From Squalus acanthias (taxonomy: Eukaryota): 64,000 bases of DNA. The notes beneath the pieces are model-generated. The model worked only from the letters and a program-made list of their open reading frames with translations, was not told where the DNA came from and did no database searches. Positions within the stretch are counted from its first letter, which is position 1. Each line of letters starts with the position of its first letter. The DNA is taken from positions 143,222,001 through 143,286,000 of the forward strand of contig CM059431.1 of assembly GCA_030390025.1 (NCBI GenBank), in the 5' to 3' direction. Shown here piece after piece: positions 50,435 through 64,000 of the stretch. A program made the translations under genes and the position numbers.

Positions 50435-53400
50435 AAATAAGAACATAAGAACATTAGAAAGAAGAGCAGGCGTAGGCCAATCGGCCCCTTGAGCCATTCA
50501 ATAAGATCATGGCTGATGCAATCTTGGACTCAACACCACCTTCCCGCTATCTCCACATACCCCTTTACTCCCTTGTAGTTCAAATGTCTGTCAATCTCCG
50601 CCTTGAATATATTCAAAGACCAAGCCTCCACAGCTCTCTGGGGTAGAGAGCTCCAAAGACTCACAACCCTCTGAGAGAAGAAATTCCTCCTCATCTCCGT
50701 CTTAAATGGGCGAATCCTTATTCTGAAACGATGCCCCCTATTTCTAGATACCCCCACTATGGTAAATCATCTCATCATCCACCCTGTAAATCCCCCTCAG
50801 AATCGTATATGTTTCAATAAGATCACCTCTCATTCATGTAACCTCCAATGAGTATAGGCCCAACCACTCAACTTTTCATCATACGTCAACCCCTTATTCC
50901 CAGGAATCAACATAGTGAACCTTCTCTGCACTGCCTCCAATGCAAGTATATCCTTCCTTAAATATGGAGACCAAAATTGTATGCAGTACTCCAGGTGCCA
51001 TCTCACAAGCGCCCTGTAAAGTTGCATCAAAACTTCCCTATTTTTATACTCCATTCCCTTTCCAATAAAGGCCAACATTCCATTAGCCTTCCAAATGAAT
51101 TGCTGTACCTGCATGAGAACTTTTTGTTTTTCATGTACTAGGACCCCAAGATCCCGTTGTACCGCAGCATTTTGTAGTCTCACTCCATTTAAATAATTAT
51201 TTGCTTTTTCATTCTTCCTTCCAAAGTGGATAACCTCACATTTCCCCACATTATACTCAATCTGCCAATTTCCCCCCCTCACTTAGCCTGGCTATATCCC
51301 TTTGCAGTTTCTTCGTGTCCTCCTCAAAACTTGCTAACCCACCTACCTTTGTGACGTCAGCAAAATTGTCTAAAGTACACTCGGACCCTTCATCCAAGTC
51401 ATTAATATAGATTGTAAATAGTTGAGGCCCCAGCACTGATCCCTGTGGCACCCTAATAGTTACTGATTGCTAACCCGAAGATGACCCATTTATCCTGACT
51501 CTCTGTTATCTGTTAGTTAGCCAATCCCCTATTGATGCCAATATATTACCCGCAACCCCGTGCGCTCTTATCTTGTGCAGTAACATCTTACGTGGCACCT
51601 TATTGAATGCCTTCTGAAAATCCAAATACACTACATTTACGGGTTCCCCTGTATCCACCCGGTCAGTTACATCCTCAAAGATCTCTAGCAAATTTGTCAA
51701 ACACGATTTCCTTTCATAAAACCATGTTGACTCTGCTTGATTGTCTTATTATTTTCCAAATGCCCTGCTATTACCTCCTTAATAATGCATTCCAGCATTG
51801 TCCCAATGACAGATGACAGAGTATATTTCTACAATAGTAACTAAGGATATTAGCTCTGATGATGTGGAATCTGTATGGGTAGAGCTGAGAAATACCAAGG
51901 TGCAGAAAACGTTAGTGGGAGTTGTATACAGACCCCCAAACACTAATGCTGAGTTTGGGGAAGGTATTAAACGGGAAATTAGAGATGCGTGCAATAAGGG
52001 CACGGCTGTTATTATGGGTGACTTTAATCTGCATGTAGATTGGGCTAATCAAAGTATAACAATTCTGTGGAGGAGGAATTCCTAGTGTGGATACGGGATG
52101 GTTTCCTGGACCAATATATTGCGGAACCAACTCGAGATCAGGCCATCTCAGACTGGGTATTATGTAATGAGAAAGGATTAATTAGCAATCTTTTTGTGCG
52201 AGGCCCCTTGGGAAGGAGCGATCATAATATAATGACATTCTTTATTAAGATGGAGAGTGAAGTAGTTGACTCAGAGACTAGGGTCCTGAATTTAAATAAA
52301 GGAAACTATGATGCTATGAGGCGCGAGTTGGCTAGGATGGATTGGGGAGCATTACTTAAAGGGTTGATGGTGGACAGGCAATAGCAAACATTTAAAGATC
52401 GCATGGATGAACTACAGAATTTTTTCATCCCTGTTTGTCATAAAAATAAAACAAAAAAAGTGACTCAACCGTGGGTAACAAGGGTAATTAGGGATAGCAT
52501 AAGATACAAGGAGAGGACATTTAAATTGGCCAGAAAAAGCAGCAAACCTGAGGATTGGGAGCAGTTTAGGATTCAGCAAAGGAGGACAAAGGGGGAAAAT
52601 AGAATATGAGAGTAAGCTTGCAGGGGGCATAAAAACTGATTGTAAACGCTTCTATAGATATGTGAACAGAAACAGATTGGTGAAGTCAAGCTTAGGTTCC
52701 TTGCAGTCAGAATCAGGGGAATTTATAATGTGGAACAAAGAAATGGCAGACCAATTAAATACATACTTTGGTTCTGTCTTCAAAAAGGTCAACACAAATA
52801 AACTCCCAGAGATGTCGGGGAATATAGGGTGTAATGAGAGGGAGAAACTGAAACAAATCAGTATTTGTAGGGAAATGTTGTTAAGCAAATTGACGGGATT
52901 TAAGGCCGATAAATCCCCAGGGCCTGATAATCTACATCCTAGGGTACTTAAGGAAGTGGCCCTAGAAATAGTAAATGCATTGGTGTTCATCTTTCAAAAT
53001 TCTATAAACTCTGGAACAGTTCCCATGGATTGGAGGATAGCTAATGTAACCACACTATTTAAAAAAGGTGGTAGAGAAATAACAGGGAATTATAGACCGG
53101 TAAGCCTGACATCGGTAATGGGCAAAATGTTAGAGTCCATTATAAAAGATGTAATAGCAGAGCACCTGGAAAACAGTGAGAGGATCGGACAAAGTCAACA
53201 AGAATTTACAAAAGGTAAATCATGCCAGACTAATCTACTGGAATTTTTTGAGGATGTAACTGGTAGAATAGATAAGAGAGAACCAGTGGATGTGGTGTAT
53301 TTGGACTTTCAGAAGGCTTTCGATAAGGTCCCGCATATGAGATTAGCGTGAAAAGATCAAGCACATGGGATTGGGGGTAAGGTACTGACTTGGATAGAGA

Positions 53401-55200
53401 ACTGGTTGGTAGACAGGAAGCAAAGAGTTGGAATAAATGGGTATTTTTCCGAGTGGCAGGCAGTGACTCGTGGGGTACCGCAGTGATCGCTGCTAGGACC
53501 CCAGCTATTCACAATATATATTAATGATCTAGATGAGGGAACTAGATGTAATATCTTTATGTTTGCAGACGACACAAAGCTGGGTGGGCGTGTGTGCTGT
53601 GAGGAGGAAACAGAGAAACTCCAGTATGATTTGGACAGGTTGGGTTATTGGGCAGATGCATGGCAGATGCAGTATAATTTGGATAAATGCGTGGTTATCC
53701 ACTTTGGTGGCAAAAACAGGAAGACAGATTATTATCTGACGGCAATAGATTCGGAAAAGGGGTAGTGCAACGAGATCTGGGAGTCCTTGTGCACCAGTCA
53801 CTAAAGGTAAGTATGCAGGTGCAGCAGGCGGTTAAGAAGGCAAATGTTATGTCGGCCTTCATAGCAAGAGGATTCGAGTACAGGAGCAAGGATGTCGTGC
53901 TGCAGTTGTACAAGACCTTGGTGAGACCACACCTTGAGTATTGTGTGCAGTTTTGATCGCCTTATCTGAGGAAGGATGGTCTTGCCATGGAGGGAGTGCA
54001 GCGAAGATTTACCAGTCTGATACCTGGGATGGCAGGAATGACGTATGAAGAGAGATTGGGTCGATTAGGATTATATTCGCTAGAGTTTAGAAGAATGAGA
54101 TGGGATCTCATTGAAACTTATGAAATTCTAACAGGAATAGACAGACTAGATGCAGGAATGATGTTCCCGATGGCGGGGGAGTCCAGAACCAGAAGTCACA
54201 GTCTAAGGATAAGGGGTAAGCCATTTAGGACTGAGATGAGGAGGAATTTCTTCATCCAGAGTGTCGTGAACCTGTGGAATTCTCTACCACAGAAGGCATT
54301 TGAGGCCAATTCATTAAATATATTCAAGAAGGAGATAGATATATTTCTTAAGGCTAAAGGGATCAAGGAATATGCGGAGACAGCAGGGACAGGGTAGTGG
54401 ATTTGGATGATCAGCCATGATCTCATTAAATGGCGGATCAGGCTCGAGCGGCCGAATGGCCTACTCCTGCTCCTATCTTCTATGCTTCTATGCTTCTATG
54501 TTAGGCTAAATGGCCTATAGTTTCCTGCTTTCTGTCTCCCTCCTTTCCTGAATAGTGGCGTTACATTGGCGGTTTTCCATTCCGCTGGGACCTCTCCAGA
54601 ATCCAGGGAATTTTGATAGATTACAACCAACGCATCCACTATCTCTGCAGTCACTTCGTTTAAGACCCTAGGATGCAGGCCTTCAGGACCAGGGGACTTG
54701 TCGGCCTTCAGCACCCTTAGTTTGCCGAGTACTTTTTCTCTAGTGATAAAGATTGTTTTAAGTTCCTCCCTCCCTATAGCCGCTTGATTATCTATTATTA
54801 TTTGGTTGTTTTTAGTGTCTTCTACCGTGAAGACTGATCCAAAATAATTGTTTAGAGTCTCTGCGATTTCTCTATTGCCCATTCTTAATTCCCCAGTCTA
54901 ATCTTCTAAGGGACCAACGTTTACTTTAGCTATTCTCTTCCTTTTTATATACCTGTAGAAGCTCTTACTGCCTGTTTTTATAGTATTTGCTAGTTTACTC
55001 TCATAATCCTTCTTCTCCCTCTTTATCATTTTTTTAGCTTTCCTTTGCAGATTTCTAAACATTTCCCAATCATCTGGGCTACCACTAATCTTCGCAACAT
55101 TGTATGCCTTTTCTTTCAATTTGATACCATCCTTAACTTCCTTCGTTAACCACGGATGGTGCACCCTTCTCGTAGAGCCTTTCTTTATCACTGAAATGTC
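50435..55200 (-). mobile_element. CR1 LINE interrupted by a second CR1 on the opposite strand
   Basis: Tail at about 50437-50460, PQGSVLGP and YLDFQKAF. The + strand sequence CCCAATGACAGATG at 51802-51815 resumes as TTAGGCTAAATGGCC at 54501. Confidence 0.92.
51816..54497 (+). mobile_element. Nested CR1 LINE (APE endonuclease part, RT and 3' tail)
   Basis: GVVYRPP, MGDFN, GRSDHN, KSPGPDNLHPRVLKE and MFADDTK, with a (CTATGCTT)n tail and ATG duplicated at both junctions. Confidence 0.93.
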
Positions 55201-56237
55201 CCTTTGCTGAGAAGGCTGCCAAGGGCTATAGACAGGTTAAGTAACTGAGCAAGAACATTTCAGGTGCACTATAATGTGGAGAAGTGTGTTGGTACCTACT
55301 TTGGTAGGAAACATAAAAAAGCAGAATATTTTTTAAATGGTGAGAGATTGGGAAATGTTAGAATTTAAAGGGACCTGGATGCCTTGTACAAGAATCAAAG
55401 AAAGTTAACATGCTCTTTGTAGAGCAATCCAGTCAGTCCCATTCCCCCACGCTATCCCCGTAGCTGTGTTTCAGAAACTCCAACAGGTTAGTTAAAGATG
55501 ACACATCGTCCCGCAAACCAATTTAATTCCCTCAGGAATCTTCGCTAATTGAGGAACCTTGCAACAGTGTCAGTAAACCGTCAATCCTGTCAGTCTCATT
55601 CATTTATCTCGCGATGTCTTGGTCCCTGGATTACAGATTCCCATTTTACATTTGAAAATCGCCTCATCACTGCCGTTCCATCACTCCTTCGATGATTCAC
55701 TTGTGCTCTACTCCGAACACTAATTAAACGGTCTTATTTAAACCTTATAATCTACCTGCAAAATGCTTTATATTCTGAAAAATCTGTGCCTTTACCCAAA
55801 AGACTACCCCTATATATATTGGACCCGTGGTGCCTCTCATTCTTTTTTAAATGGATAAATGCATTTTATTTCCACACTCCACTGCCGGAGTCCCACACGC
55901 ACAGAGAGTGGTTTATTAGCAAATTGCGGATGAGCTTCCTCAGCTTTCATTCTTTGATATTAATGGACGGAAGATCGCGCGCAACGCAAGATGTGTAGAA
56001 TCATAGAGAAGAGACAGAAGCCATTCGGCCTGTTGTGCTTCTGCAGGCTCTTGGAAATAGGCAGTCCATTAGACCAACTCCCCTACTCTTCCCCTATAGA
56101 CCAACAAACATAGCGACATAGGATACGGAGGAGGCCATTTACCCACTCGAACCTGTTCTGCCACTTAATGAGATCATGGATGATACAACTTTTACTTTTT
56201 AATAATGTGTCCTATTCGCTTATGAAAGTTTCTATTT

Positions 56238-56698
56238 TATAAAGTTTCAGAAGTGGCTCGATGGTAGCACTTTCTCTGAGTGAAATGGTCGTGGGTTAAA
56301 GCCCCGCTCCAGAAACTTGGCGCAACATCTGTGCTGACACCTCAATGCAGTACTGAAGTTGTGTCGGAGGTGCGGTCTTTTGGGTGAGACTTAACCGAGG
56401 GCACTTCTGTCCTCTCTGGTGTACATGAAAGATGCTGTGGCATTGTTTCGATTGCGGACAAGGGAGTTCTCACCGGTGTCCTGGCCAAAACATTTTGTCC
56501 CTCAACCAACATTACTAAATCAAATATCTGATCCTCATTACATTGCCGTTTGAAGGACCGGCTGTGCATAAATTGACTGCCGCCTTCCCAGCGTAACAAA
56601 AGTGACTAACATATTATAAGTACTTCATTGGCTATAATGCGATTTAGGGCGCCATGAGATAGTGAAAGGCGCTATAGAAACGCAAATCATTCTTTTTT
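56238..56698 (+). mobile_element. Paralogous copy of the Deu-domain SINE, part of the segmental duplication
   Basis: Same SINE in the same flanking context as 37880-38353. Confidence 0.8.
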
Positions 56699-58208
56699 AT
56701 TGAATCTGCATCTAGCAACCTTTTAAGCAGTCCATTCCAGATCATAACAAATCACTGCGTTAAAAAAATCTCCTAATTTCCGCCCGGTTGTTTTGCAACT
56801 TACCTAAAATCCGTGTGCTTTGTTTAACGACCCTACTGCCAGTGGAATCAATTTCTCCTTATTTACTCTAATCCCTCATAAATTTTAACATCTCTATCAA
56901 ATCTCTCTTGATCCTACTCAGCTCTATGGGGAACCATCCCAGCTTCTCGTAATGTCGGCAATTTTCAGGCCATTCACCCGCTGTGCGCGAGGCCCCACCC
57001 GAGACCTCACATCTGGATACCTCCAGTCTTACCTTGATCTCTTTATTGCTCTGCTTAGAATATAATTCTTTAATTGCTTTTTATAATCAACAATTTAATA
57101 TTAAGCAAAATACATTTTATGTATGTCAACCAATTGAGCTTTGACACGAATCCAATCTCTTCCTTTAACGATTTTACCAAATCGCTGCTAATATAATTTC
57201 GCCCATCGCTATTTAAAAAGCTGAAAATAAAATATGATTTATATTTTATTAATTCAAAGTGGAGCTCTATAAGTCAATTGATTTATTCGACTCTTCCTGC
57301 TCTTCTTATCATGGCGCCGCTCTCCTGGATCCCTTTCTTTCTGTCAAATCCCACACTCTGCCAGATCTCAGTCCGTCTGGTTCCCGCACTCTGCCTATTC
57401 CCGATTTTTACTTTGTTCGAGTATGGACCCTTGAATATCAGAAGAAGAGAGGTTAAATCAAAAGGATTATTGTTGTTAGAGGAAATGATCTTACCCCATT
57501 TGGACTGTGTGTTCACTTCTGGTAAGCTAATCATTTAAAGAATACTTCTGCACTTTATAGGTCACATAGCTCAGCAAGAGAGATTCCAGGGATTCACAAT
57601 TCCAGTTTTGAAGAAATTGTAGGAAATCGTACTTTCTACTTTCAGAACAGAGGATACCTACAAGCCATCTAATGTCAGGTTTAACGTTATGAGAAGAATG
57701 TACAGAGTTCTTTGCTCAAATTGTTTATCCTGGCAAGGAGTTCAATCATAAAAATTTGCAAGTTCAAAATCTGAAATTAGGAGTTAGGAGGGAAGGCGGT
57801 CAGAACATTTCAGTTCATTGGGTAACTGTACTCTGTATGCTATTTATTAATTACCAGGAGGGTCATTAAGACCAAACCTACTTATCTGTCACTGAAATTG
57901 AAAATTGTATGATCGAACGTTTATCACATAACAAACATTGCAGTTGGAAAGCGCCACAACCTACCCTGCTGTAAACAAACTGCAATCTCCATGTGCTGCG
58001 TAGCAAAGACAAACTTCGATGTTGGTGGACTGCTTCCTTGGTCTTTTTCGTTTCGTTACTTTAAAAGATAGATTACACAGTCACGCAGTTGTAGTAATGC
58101 AGGATCAGGTGTTTATTGGAACCTCATACTATCCGCAACTAGTATGAGTGCATAAATTATTTCATACTATACAAAATCTTTCATACTATAAAAAAACAGT
58201 GTGAGGCC

Positions 58209-58649
58209 TCAGGTCTTTTCATATTACACTATCCCAGTATGAGCGAGCTCAGGTCTTTTCATATTACACTATCCCAGTATGAGCGAGCTCAGGTCTTTGC
58301 ATATTACACTATCCCAGTATGAGCGAGCTCAGGTCTTTGCATATTACACTATCCCAGTATGAGCGAGCTCAGATCTTTTCATACTACACTATCCCAGTAT
58401 GAGCGAGCTCAGATCTTTGCATATTACACTATCCCAGTATGAGCGAGCTCAGGTCTTTGCATATTACACTATCCCAGTATGAGCGAGCTCAGATCTTTTC
58501 ATATTACACTATCCCAGTATGAGCGAGCTCAGGTCTTTGCATATTACACTATCACAGTATGAGTGAGCTTAGGTCTTTTCATATTACACTATCCCAGTAT
58601 GAGCGAGCTCAGATCTTTTCATATTACACTAGCCCAGTATGAGCGAGCT
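58209..58649 (+). repeat. 40-bp minisatellite, about 11 near-identical copies
   Basis: TCAGGTCTTTTCATATTACACTATCCCAGTATGAGCGAGC head-to-tail, with no spacers. Confidence 0.97.
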
Positions 58650-60223
58650 GCTGGTGAGACATCACACTAATGAATTCCAGTGTGAGCCGTTAAAACACAA
58701 ACCCACTCACACTCCTATATCATTCTTTACCTTTGTTCACTACATTCCATGCATCCCGCCAATAAATCATGGTAAATCAAAGATACATACACTTGTCAAG
58801 AGAATAACAACATTAATTAAACAACCAGGCATTTAAGTCTTCTAATTCCTGCAATAAAATTCTTGCCATTCATGTTATTGCTCTGACATACACGGGATCA
58901 AGTTGACATATTCGGATCTGGCTGAATGACTCTCACACCTTCTAGTATCGCATTCCCTGTGACGATATACTTTGCTTTCAACTCCTCTTAATCAATTTAC
59001 AACTCATGCTCAGCAGAAATCTGTTTGAACTTTTAACTCAGCACGTGCTGATCTGACAGACTGTGCAGAAAGAATAGCGAGGTTCCCAAGTACTGTGAAC
59101 CCTTGTGACCACAGCCGTAAACTGAAGAAATTCGATGTTGGCAGTTTGAACATCAGGATTTATAAAGAAGAAAGCTAGCAAGTTATCCTGAAAGCAGCGA
59201 AGAACAACAAAAACACACCTTTAAAAGGAGTAATCTTCTCACTACATATACTGCAGTTAAGGAGGCAAGAATAAGAACTCTATTATTTAACATTATTTTG
59301 TTCATTTCCATATTTATCCTGACATTTTTTAAGTGAATAGTCTTTGGCACCTGCCCCTAATTTAACAAATCGCAAGCTGGCGATGCATTTATATGCGCTC
59401 TATTGACGTCCAACTAAAGGATTCTCCCTGTGTAGCGTTCAAGGCCCCATACTCAGCATGGAACGTACGGAATCTCCAGTGCTGTGAATCCAATTACGTT
59501 CTCAAGTCCTGGAGATCCATTTTTGGAAAGCTGTGTTTTGGTATCTGGACAGATATATGCTGAGGAATCAGACTATTCTTTATTTTCTTCCCTTATCTTC
59601 TTACTAAGGAATTGTCTGGGGTTTTCCTCCCAGTGTAATCCTCGTAATGAATGATGTCTGACTCGGTTCGCGAACTAACTTAAAGTTAACCCAGTTCGGG
59701 TCAAAACCAATTTAATTTACTAACCCTCGATTAGAGTATCCGCAAGCTGCTGAGTGAATGAATTATTTCTTTCTTGCAAAACTATCAAGGAAGAAGACAG
59801 ACCACACGCCATGTACTAAACGCTGTATCACGGTAACCAAAAACAGCCTAAAGATAAAGTTGGCTGCATGAGCGCTTAAAAAGCGTGAACCGAAATAATC
59901 AGAGTTATCTGTCAACTTATTAGCACATCAGTGACGGGTTGACTCTCTTAACAAGGTTAAGTAGCACAGGTTGTACAGGCGCCCATCGTCGTGTGGCTGT
60001 AGGCAAGAACTGCGATTGGTTGTCCTTAGGTAAAGGCTTCCTGAATTGTTTCTCTTTTTTATTGCATTATGTCTCGACGCCTTCCCTTCGTCTGCCTGCA
60101 AGGCAATGTGAAGTAAATACACGGGAAGAGAGAGAGCGACAGAGTGACAGACAGAATTCCAAAAAGTTTGGTGATTGAAAGCAGCGTGGATTTTCTACCC
60201 TGAGAGCACCCTCTGCGAGCACG

Positions 60224-60302
60224 AAAAGCCAATTACCCCTGGTATTCCCCGGCGGTCACCCATCCAAGTATTAACCTGGCCTGACTCTGCTTAAAAGATC
60301 AG
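60224..60302 (-). pseudogene. 5S rRNA gene 3' part (decayed) with a T-run terminator
   Basis: The - strand reads ...TAAGCAGAGTCAGGCCAGGTTAATACTTGGATGGGTGACCGCCGGGGAATACCAGGGGTAATTGGCTTTT, which matches the 3' roughly 70 nt of vertebrate 5S rRNA. Confidence 0.88.
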
Positions 60303-60896
60303 TGCTTCGCAATAAATCAGCACCAAAATATTCTTAGCATTAACTACAACGTGGATAATAGTCTGAGGTTTTAAATTGTTGAGACTGGTTTAAGAGTAAT
60401 TCCTTAAACTGCTGACAAGTGGAACACTTTCGATAGCCAGTTTACTAAATAGCTAAAGGCCACCTGTGAGTAAGTACATTCAGATCTTGGAGGACCTCGT
60501 CTTTACTAAAAGTGTGGTTGAATCAATCTCCTTCATTGCCTGGGACGCAGGCGTTAACTTCTGAAGAAACGAGTCGATGAGCCCACGTTCAACAGCGGGG
60601 CTTTCGTTTTCCACTTGGATCTCTATTCGCTGCGGGGCCTGAACATTATATTTCCCATTAAAGCTGTTGGGTGGCCTGAGATTCTCCGCGCTCCTTTCAG
60701 CTGTATTAATGTGTGCCAGGAGTGTGGTAAATGTAATTATTGGATACGATCAGGTAAATTCGAGTCATAGAGCCGTTCAGACATACAGAACCTCATGATC
60801 AGCCACACTCTATTGTTAAAACAACACTTAGCTACGCAATAGATATTCTCCTAAAAGAGATAATTTCAGCCAGCTTTTCTATCACGAAAAAAAATT

Positions 60897-63700
60897 TGTT
60901 TATTCATTCATGGGATGTAGGCGTCGCTGGCAATGCCGGCATTTATTGCCATTCCCTAATTGACCTTGAGAAGGTGGTTTTGAGCTTCCTTCTTGAACCG
61001 CTGCAGTTTTGGTGCTGAAGGTACTATCAGTGTTGTTAGGTATGGATTTCCACAATATTGGCCGAGCGACGATAAGGAATGGTGATGTATCTCCAAGTCG
61101 CGATATCACTTGGAGGTGAATTTGTACGTGGTGGTGTTCCAATGCGCTTGCTGCCCTTATTTTTCTATGTGGTAGAGGTTGCGGTTTTGGGAAGGTCTGT
61201 CGAATAAGACTTGGCGAGTTGCTGCAGGGCATTTTGTAGATGGTACACATTCAGCCAAGTTGCGCTGCTGGTGGAGGTTGTGAATGTTTAAGTAGTGGAT
61301 GAGGCACGGCTGAAGTGGGATGCTGTGTTCTTATGTCCTCGATGGTGTCGACCTTCTTGTGTGCTGTTGTAGCTTTATTTATCCAGGCAAGTAAGACGTA
61401 TTCCAGCGCACTAATGACTTGTGCCTTGTAGGTGTTGGAAAAGCTTAGTGGAGTCAAGAGATGAGACACTCGCCGTCGAATACCCAAACTGTGATCTGCT
61501 CTTGCAGCCATAGTATTTATGTGGCTGGTACAGTTAAGTTATGTTTCTGTTCAATGGTGGGGCCTTCGGCAATGGTAATGGCATTGACTGTCAAGGGAGT
61601 TGGTTAGATTATCTGAGGTATTGCGAATGGAACTGAACTATGCAATCATCAGCGAACATCCACACTTCTCACTTCATGTTGGAGGGAAGGTCATTTGTAA
61701 AACAGCTGAAGATGATTGGACCTAGGTCACTGCCCGGAGGAACTCCAGCTGCGAGGTCTTGGGTCTGAGAATATTGGCCTCCAACCATCACAAAAATCTT
61801 GTTTTGAACTAGGTGTGACTCCAGCCAGTAGAGCGTTGTCCTCCTGATTCCCATTGGATTCTTGATGCCACAGTCGGTCAATTGCTGCCAGAAGGGCAGT
61901 CACTCTCACCTCACATCTGGAATTCAGCTCTTGTGTCCGTATTTGGTCCAAGGCTGTAATGAGGTCTGCAGCCGAATGGTCCTGGTGGAACCACAGCTGA
62001 GCATCAGTGAGCAGGTTATTGGTGAGTAAGTGTCGCTTGATAGCATTGTCAGCAAAACCTGTCATCATTTTCCTGATGATTGGGAATATGCTACTGGAGC
62101 GGCAATTGGCCGGATTGCAGTTGTCCTGCATTTTGTGGACATGTGATGCCTGGGTTTGCGGCAGGTGATGCGAGAAACAATACGATGGCAAACCGACTCG
62201 AACTCGTCCTGTCACAGATGCATCTGTCCATGACAGTATTGGTCGGAGTGAACAAAGCACAGTCCTTGTGGAGACGAAATCCCGTCTTCACTCTGAGGAC
62301 ACACTCACTTTATCAGGTAGATGGCAGTGTTGTATCTGTACTGGAACAGCTTGGCTCGAGACGCAGCTACTTCTGGAATACGGGTCTTCAGCACGACAGC
62401 CGGGGTGTTGTTGGGGCCCCGACACTTTACTGTATCCTGAGTGCTGAGCCATTTCTCGATATCACGTTGAGTGAATCGAATTGGCTGAAGACTGGCTGCT
62501 GTGATGGTGGGGACCTCAGGAGGAGGATGGGATGAATCATTCACTCGGCACTTCTGGCTGAAGATGGTTGCAAACGCTTCAGCTTTGTCTATTGCACTCA
62601 CGTGCTGGGCTCCATCAATGTTGAGGATTGGGATATTCATGAAGCCTGCTCCTCCCTTTAGTTGTTTAATTGTCCACCACCATTCATGACTGGATGAGGC
62701 AGGACTGCAGAGTTTTTATTTGATCCATTGGTTATGGGATCGCATAGTTCTGTCTAGAGCAAGCTGCTCCCGCTGTGTAGTCCTGTGTGATACCTTCAAC
62801 TGTTTGGCACCTCATTTTCAGTTACGCCTCGTGCTGCATCTGCACGCTCTTCTGCAATCCACATTGAAAAAGGGCTGATCGCCTGGCTGGAATGTAATGG
62901 TAGAGTGAGGAATATGCCGGTCCATGAGGTTACATATTGTTGTGGAATGCAATTCTGCTGCTGCTAATGGCCCACTGCGCCTCATGGATGGCCAGTTTTG
63001 AACTGCTAGAACTATTCTGAATCTATCCCATTTAGCATGGTGGTAGTGACAAAAAATACGACGTAGAGTGTCCTCAGTGTTTAGACGGGATTTCGTCTCC
63101 ACATGAACTGTGCTTTGTTCACTCCTACCAATACTGCCATGGAAAGATGCATCTGCGACAGGTAGATTGGTTAGGACGAAATCGAGTAGGTTTTTTACCT
63201 CGTATTGGTTTTCGCACCACCTGCTGCAAACTCAGTCTGGCAGCTATCTCATTCAGGACTCGGCCAGCTCGGTCAGTACTAGTGCTAACGAGCCACTCTT
63301 GGTAATTGACATTAAAGTCCCCATGTTCAACATGAATGAGTATTTATTCATCAGCTGAAGCAAGTCGGTAGTTGCTGGTGAGCAGGAGATTTATTTGCCC
63401 ATGTTTGACCTGATGCCATGAGATTCATGGGGTCCAGAGACAATGTTGAGGATTACAAGTCCAGTCCCTCCCGACTGTATACCACTGTACCGCTATCTCT
63501 GCTGGGTTTGTCCTCGTGATGCGAGAGGCCATACTCAAGGATGGTGATGGAGCTGTTTGGGACTTTGGCTGAAAGCTATGATGCTCTGAGTATGAATATG
63601 TGAGGCTATTGCTTGTTTTGTCTGTTACACAGCTCTCCCAATTTTGATACAAGTCCCCAGATATTAGTGAAGAGGGATCTGCAGGTTCGCCTGTGCTCAT
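60897..63700 (-). mobile_element. Decayed CR1-group non-LTR retrotransposon of a second family (ATGAATGAATAA tail)
   Basis: Peptides AGVPPGSDLGPIIFSCFTNDLP, DKAEAFATIFSQKC and HYHHAKWDRFR. The 3' end of another copy starts at about 63953. Confidence 0.85.
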
Positions 63701-64000
63701 TGTTCTTTTTTTGTGTCCGTATTATTACCTGGTAAGCAGAGGAAAGCTTCAGACGAGTTTGAGATATATTTTAATGTTAGGAAGCTCTAGTGGACAGTCT
63801 ACTCCATTCCAAAATAAAAAGGTTAATAATGGAGGTGAAGGCTTTTGCATTTATTACATTAGTGTTAAGCATCTCCTGGGTGAATGCAATGCGGAAATTT
63901 CTTGGGGAACATCGGAAGCTGGTAAGAGAAACCAGGCGATTATTCTTTGTTGTTTTTTTTATTCAGCAAGGCCGGCATTTATTGCCCATCCCTAATTGCC

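Noticed and set aside
58209..58649. CRISPR-like regular array
   Set aside because: The units are head-to-tail with no unique spacers, there are no cas genes, and the context is eukaryotic. It is a minisatellite.
60224..60302. Functional 5S rRNA gene
   Set aside because: The 5' third is missing, and there is an internal deletion plus several substitutions.

Overview
Eukaryotic genomic DNA, most likely a cartilaginous fish (shark). This is inferred from the repeat content: CR1 and L2 LINEs, Deu-domain SINEs, a Neptune-type Penelope element and Harbinger MITEs. The only host genes are four paralogous two-exon class A GPCRs of the GPR139/GPR142-like type. Gene 1 (-, 3107-4528) has two frameshifts, gene 2 (-, 20341-22047) is intact, gene 3 (+, 33633-34992) is intact, and gene 4 (-, 45069-46476) has a TAG in exon 1. 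Each has a 70-nt first coding exon and a phase-1 intron at (G/A)VP|ANL. All four share a TATA-like box, a 25-bp upstream motif about 130 bp before the ATG and an EBF-like site (degenerate in genes 3 and 4), and a TAATTA homeodomain site is present in three. A related minisatellite lies upstream of each gene in the same relative orientation. The gene cassettes spread by segmental duplication and inversion, and an orphan 3' flank suggests a fifth gene was deleted. Other notable items are a 1.9-kb palindromic Penelope insertion with two minimal hammerhead ribozymes, a nested CR1/Gypsy/CR1/Penelope stack, and a captured 5S rDNA fragment with its whole spacer. Lead hypothesis (inference): an expanded, co-regulated, birth-and-death family of GPR139-derived chemosensory receptors.
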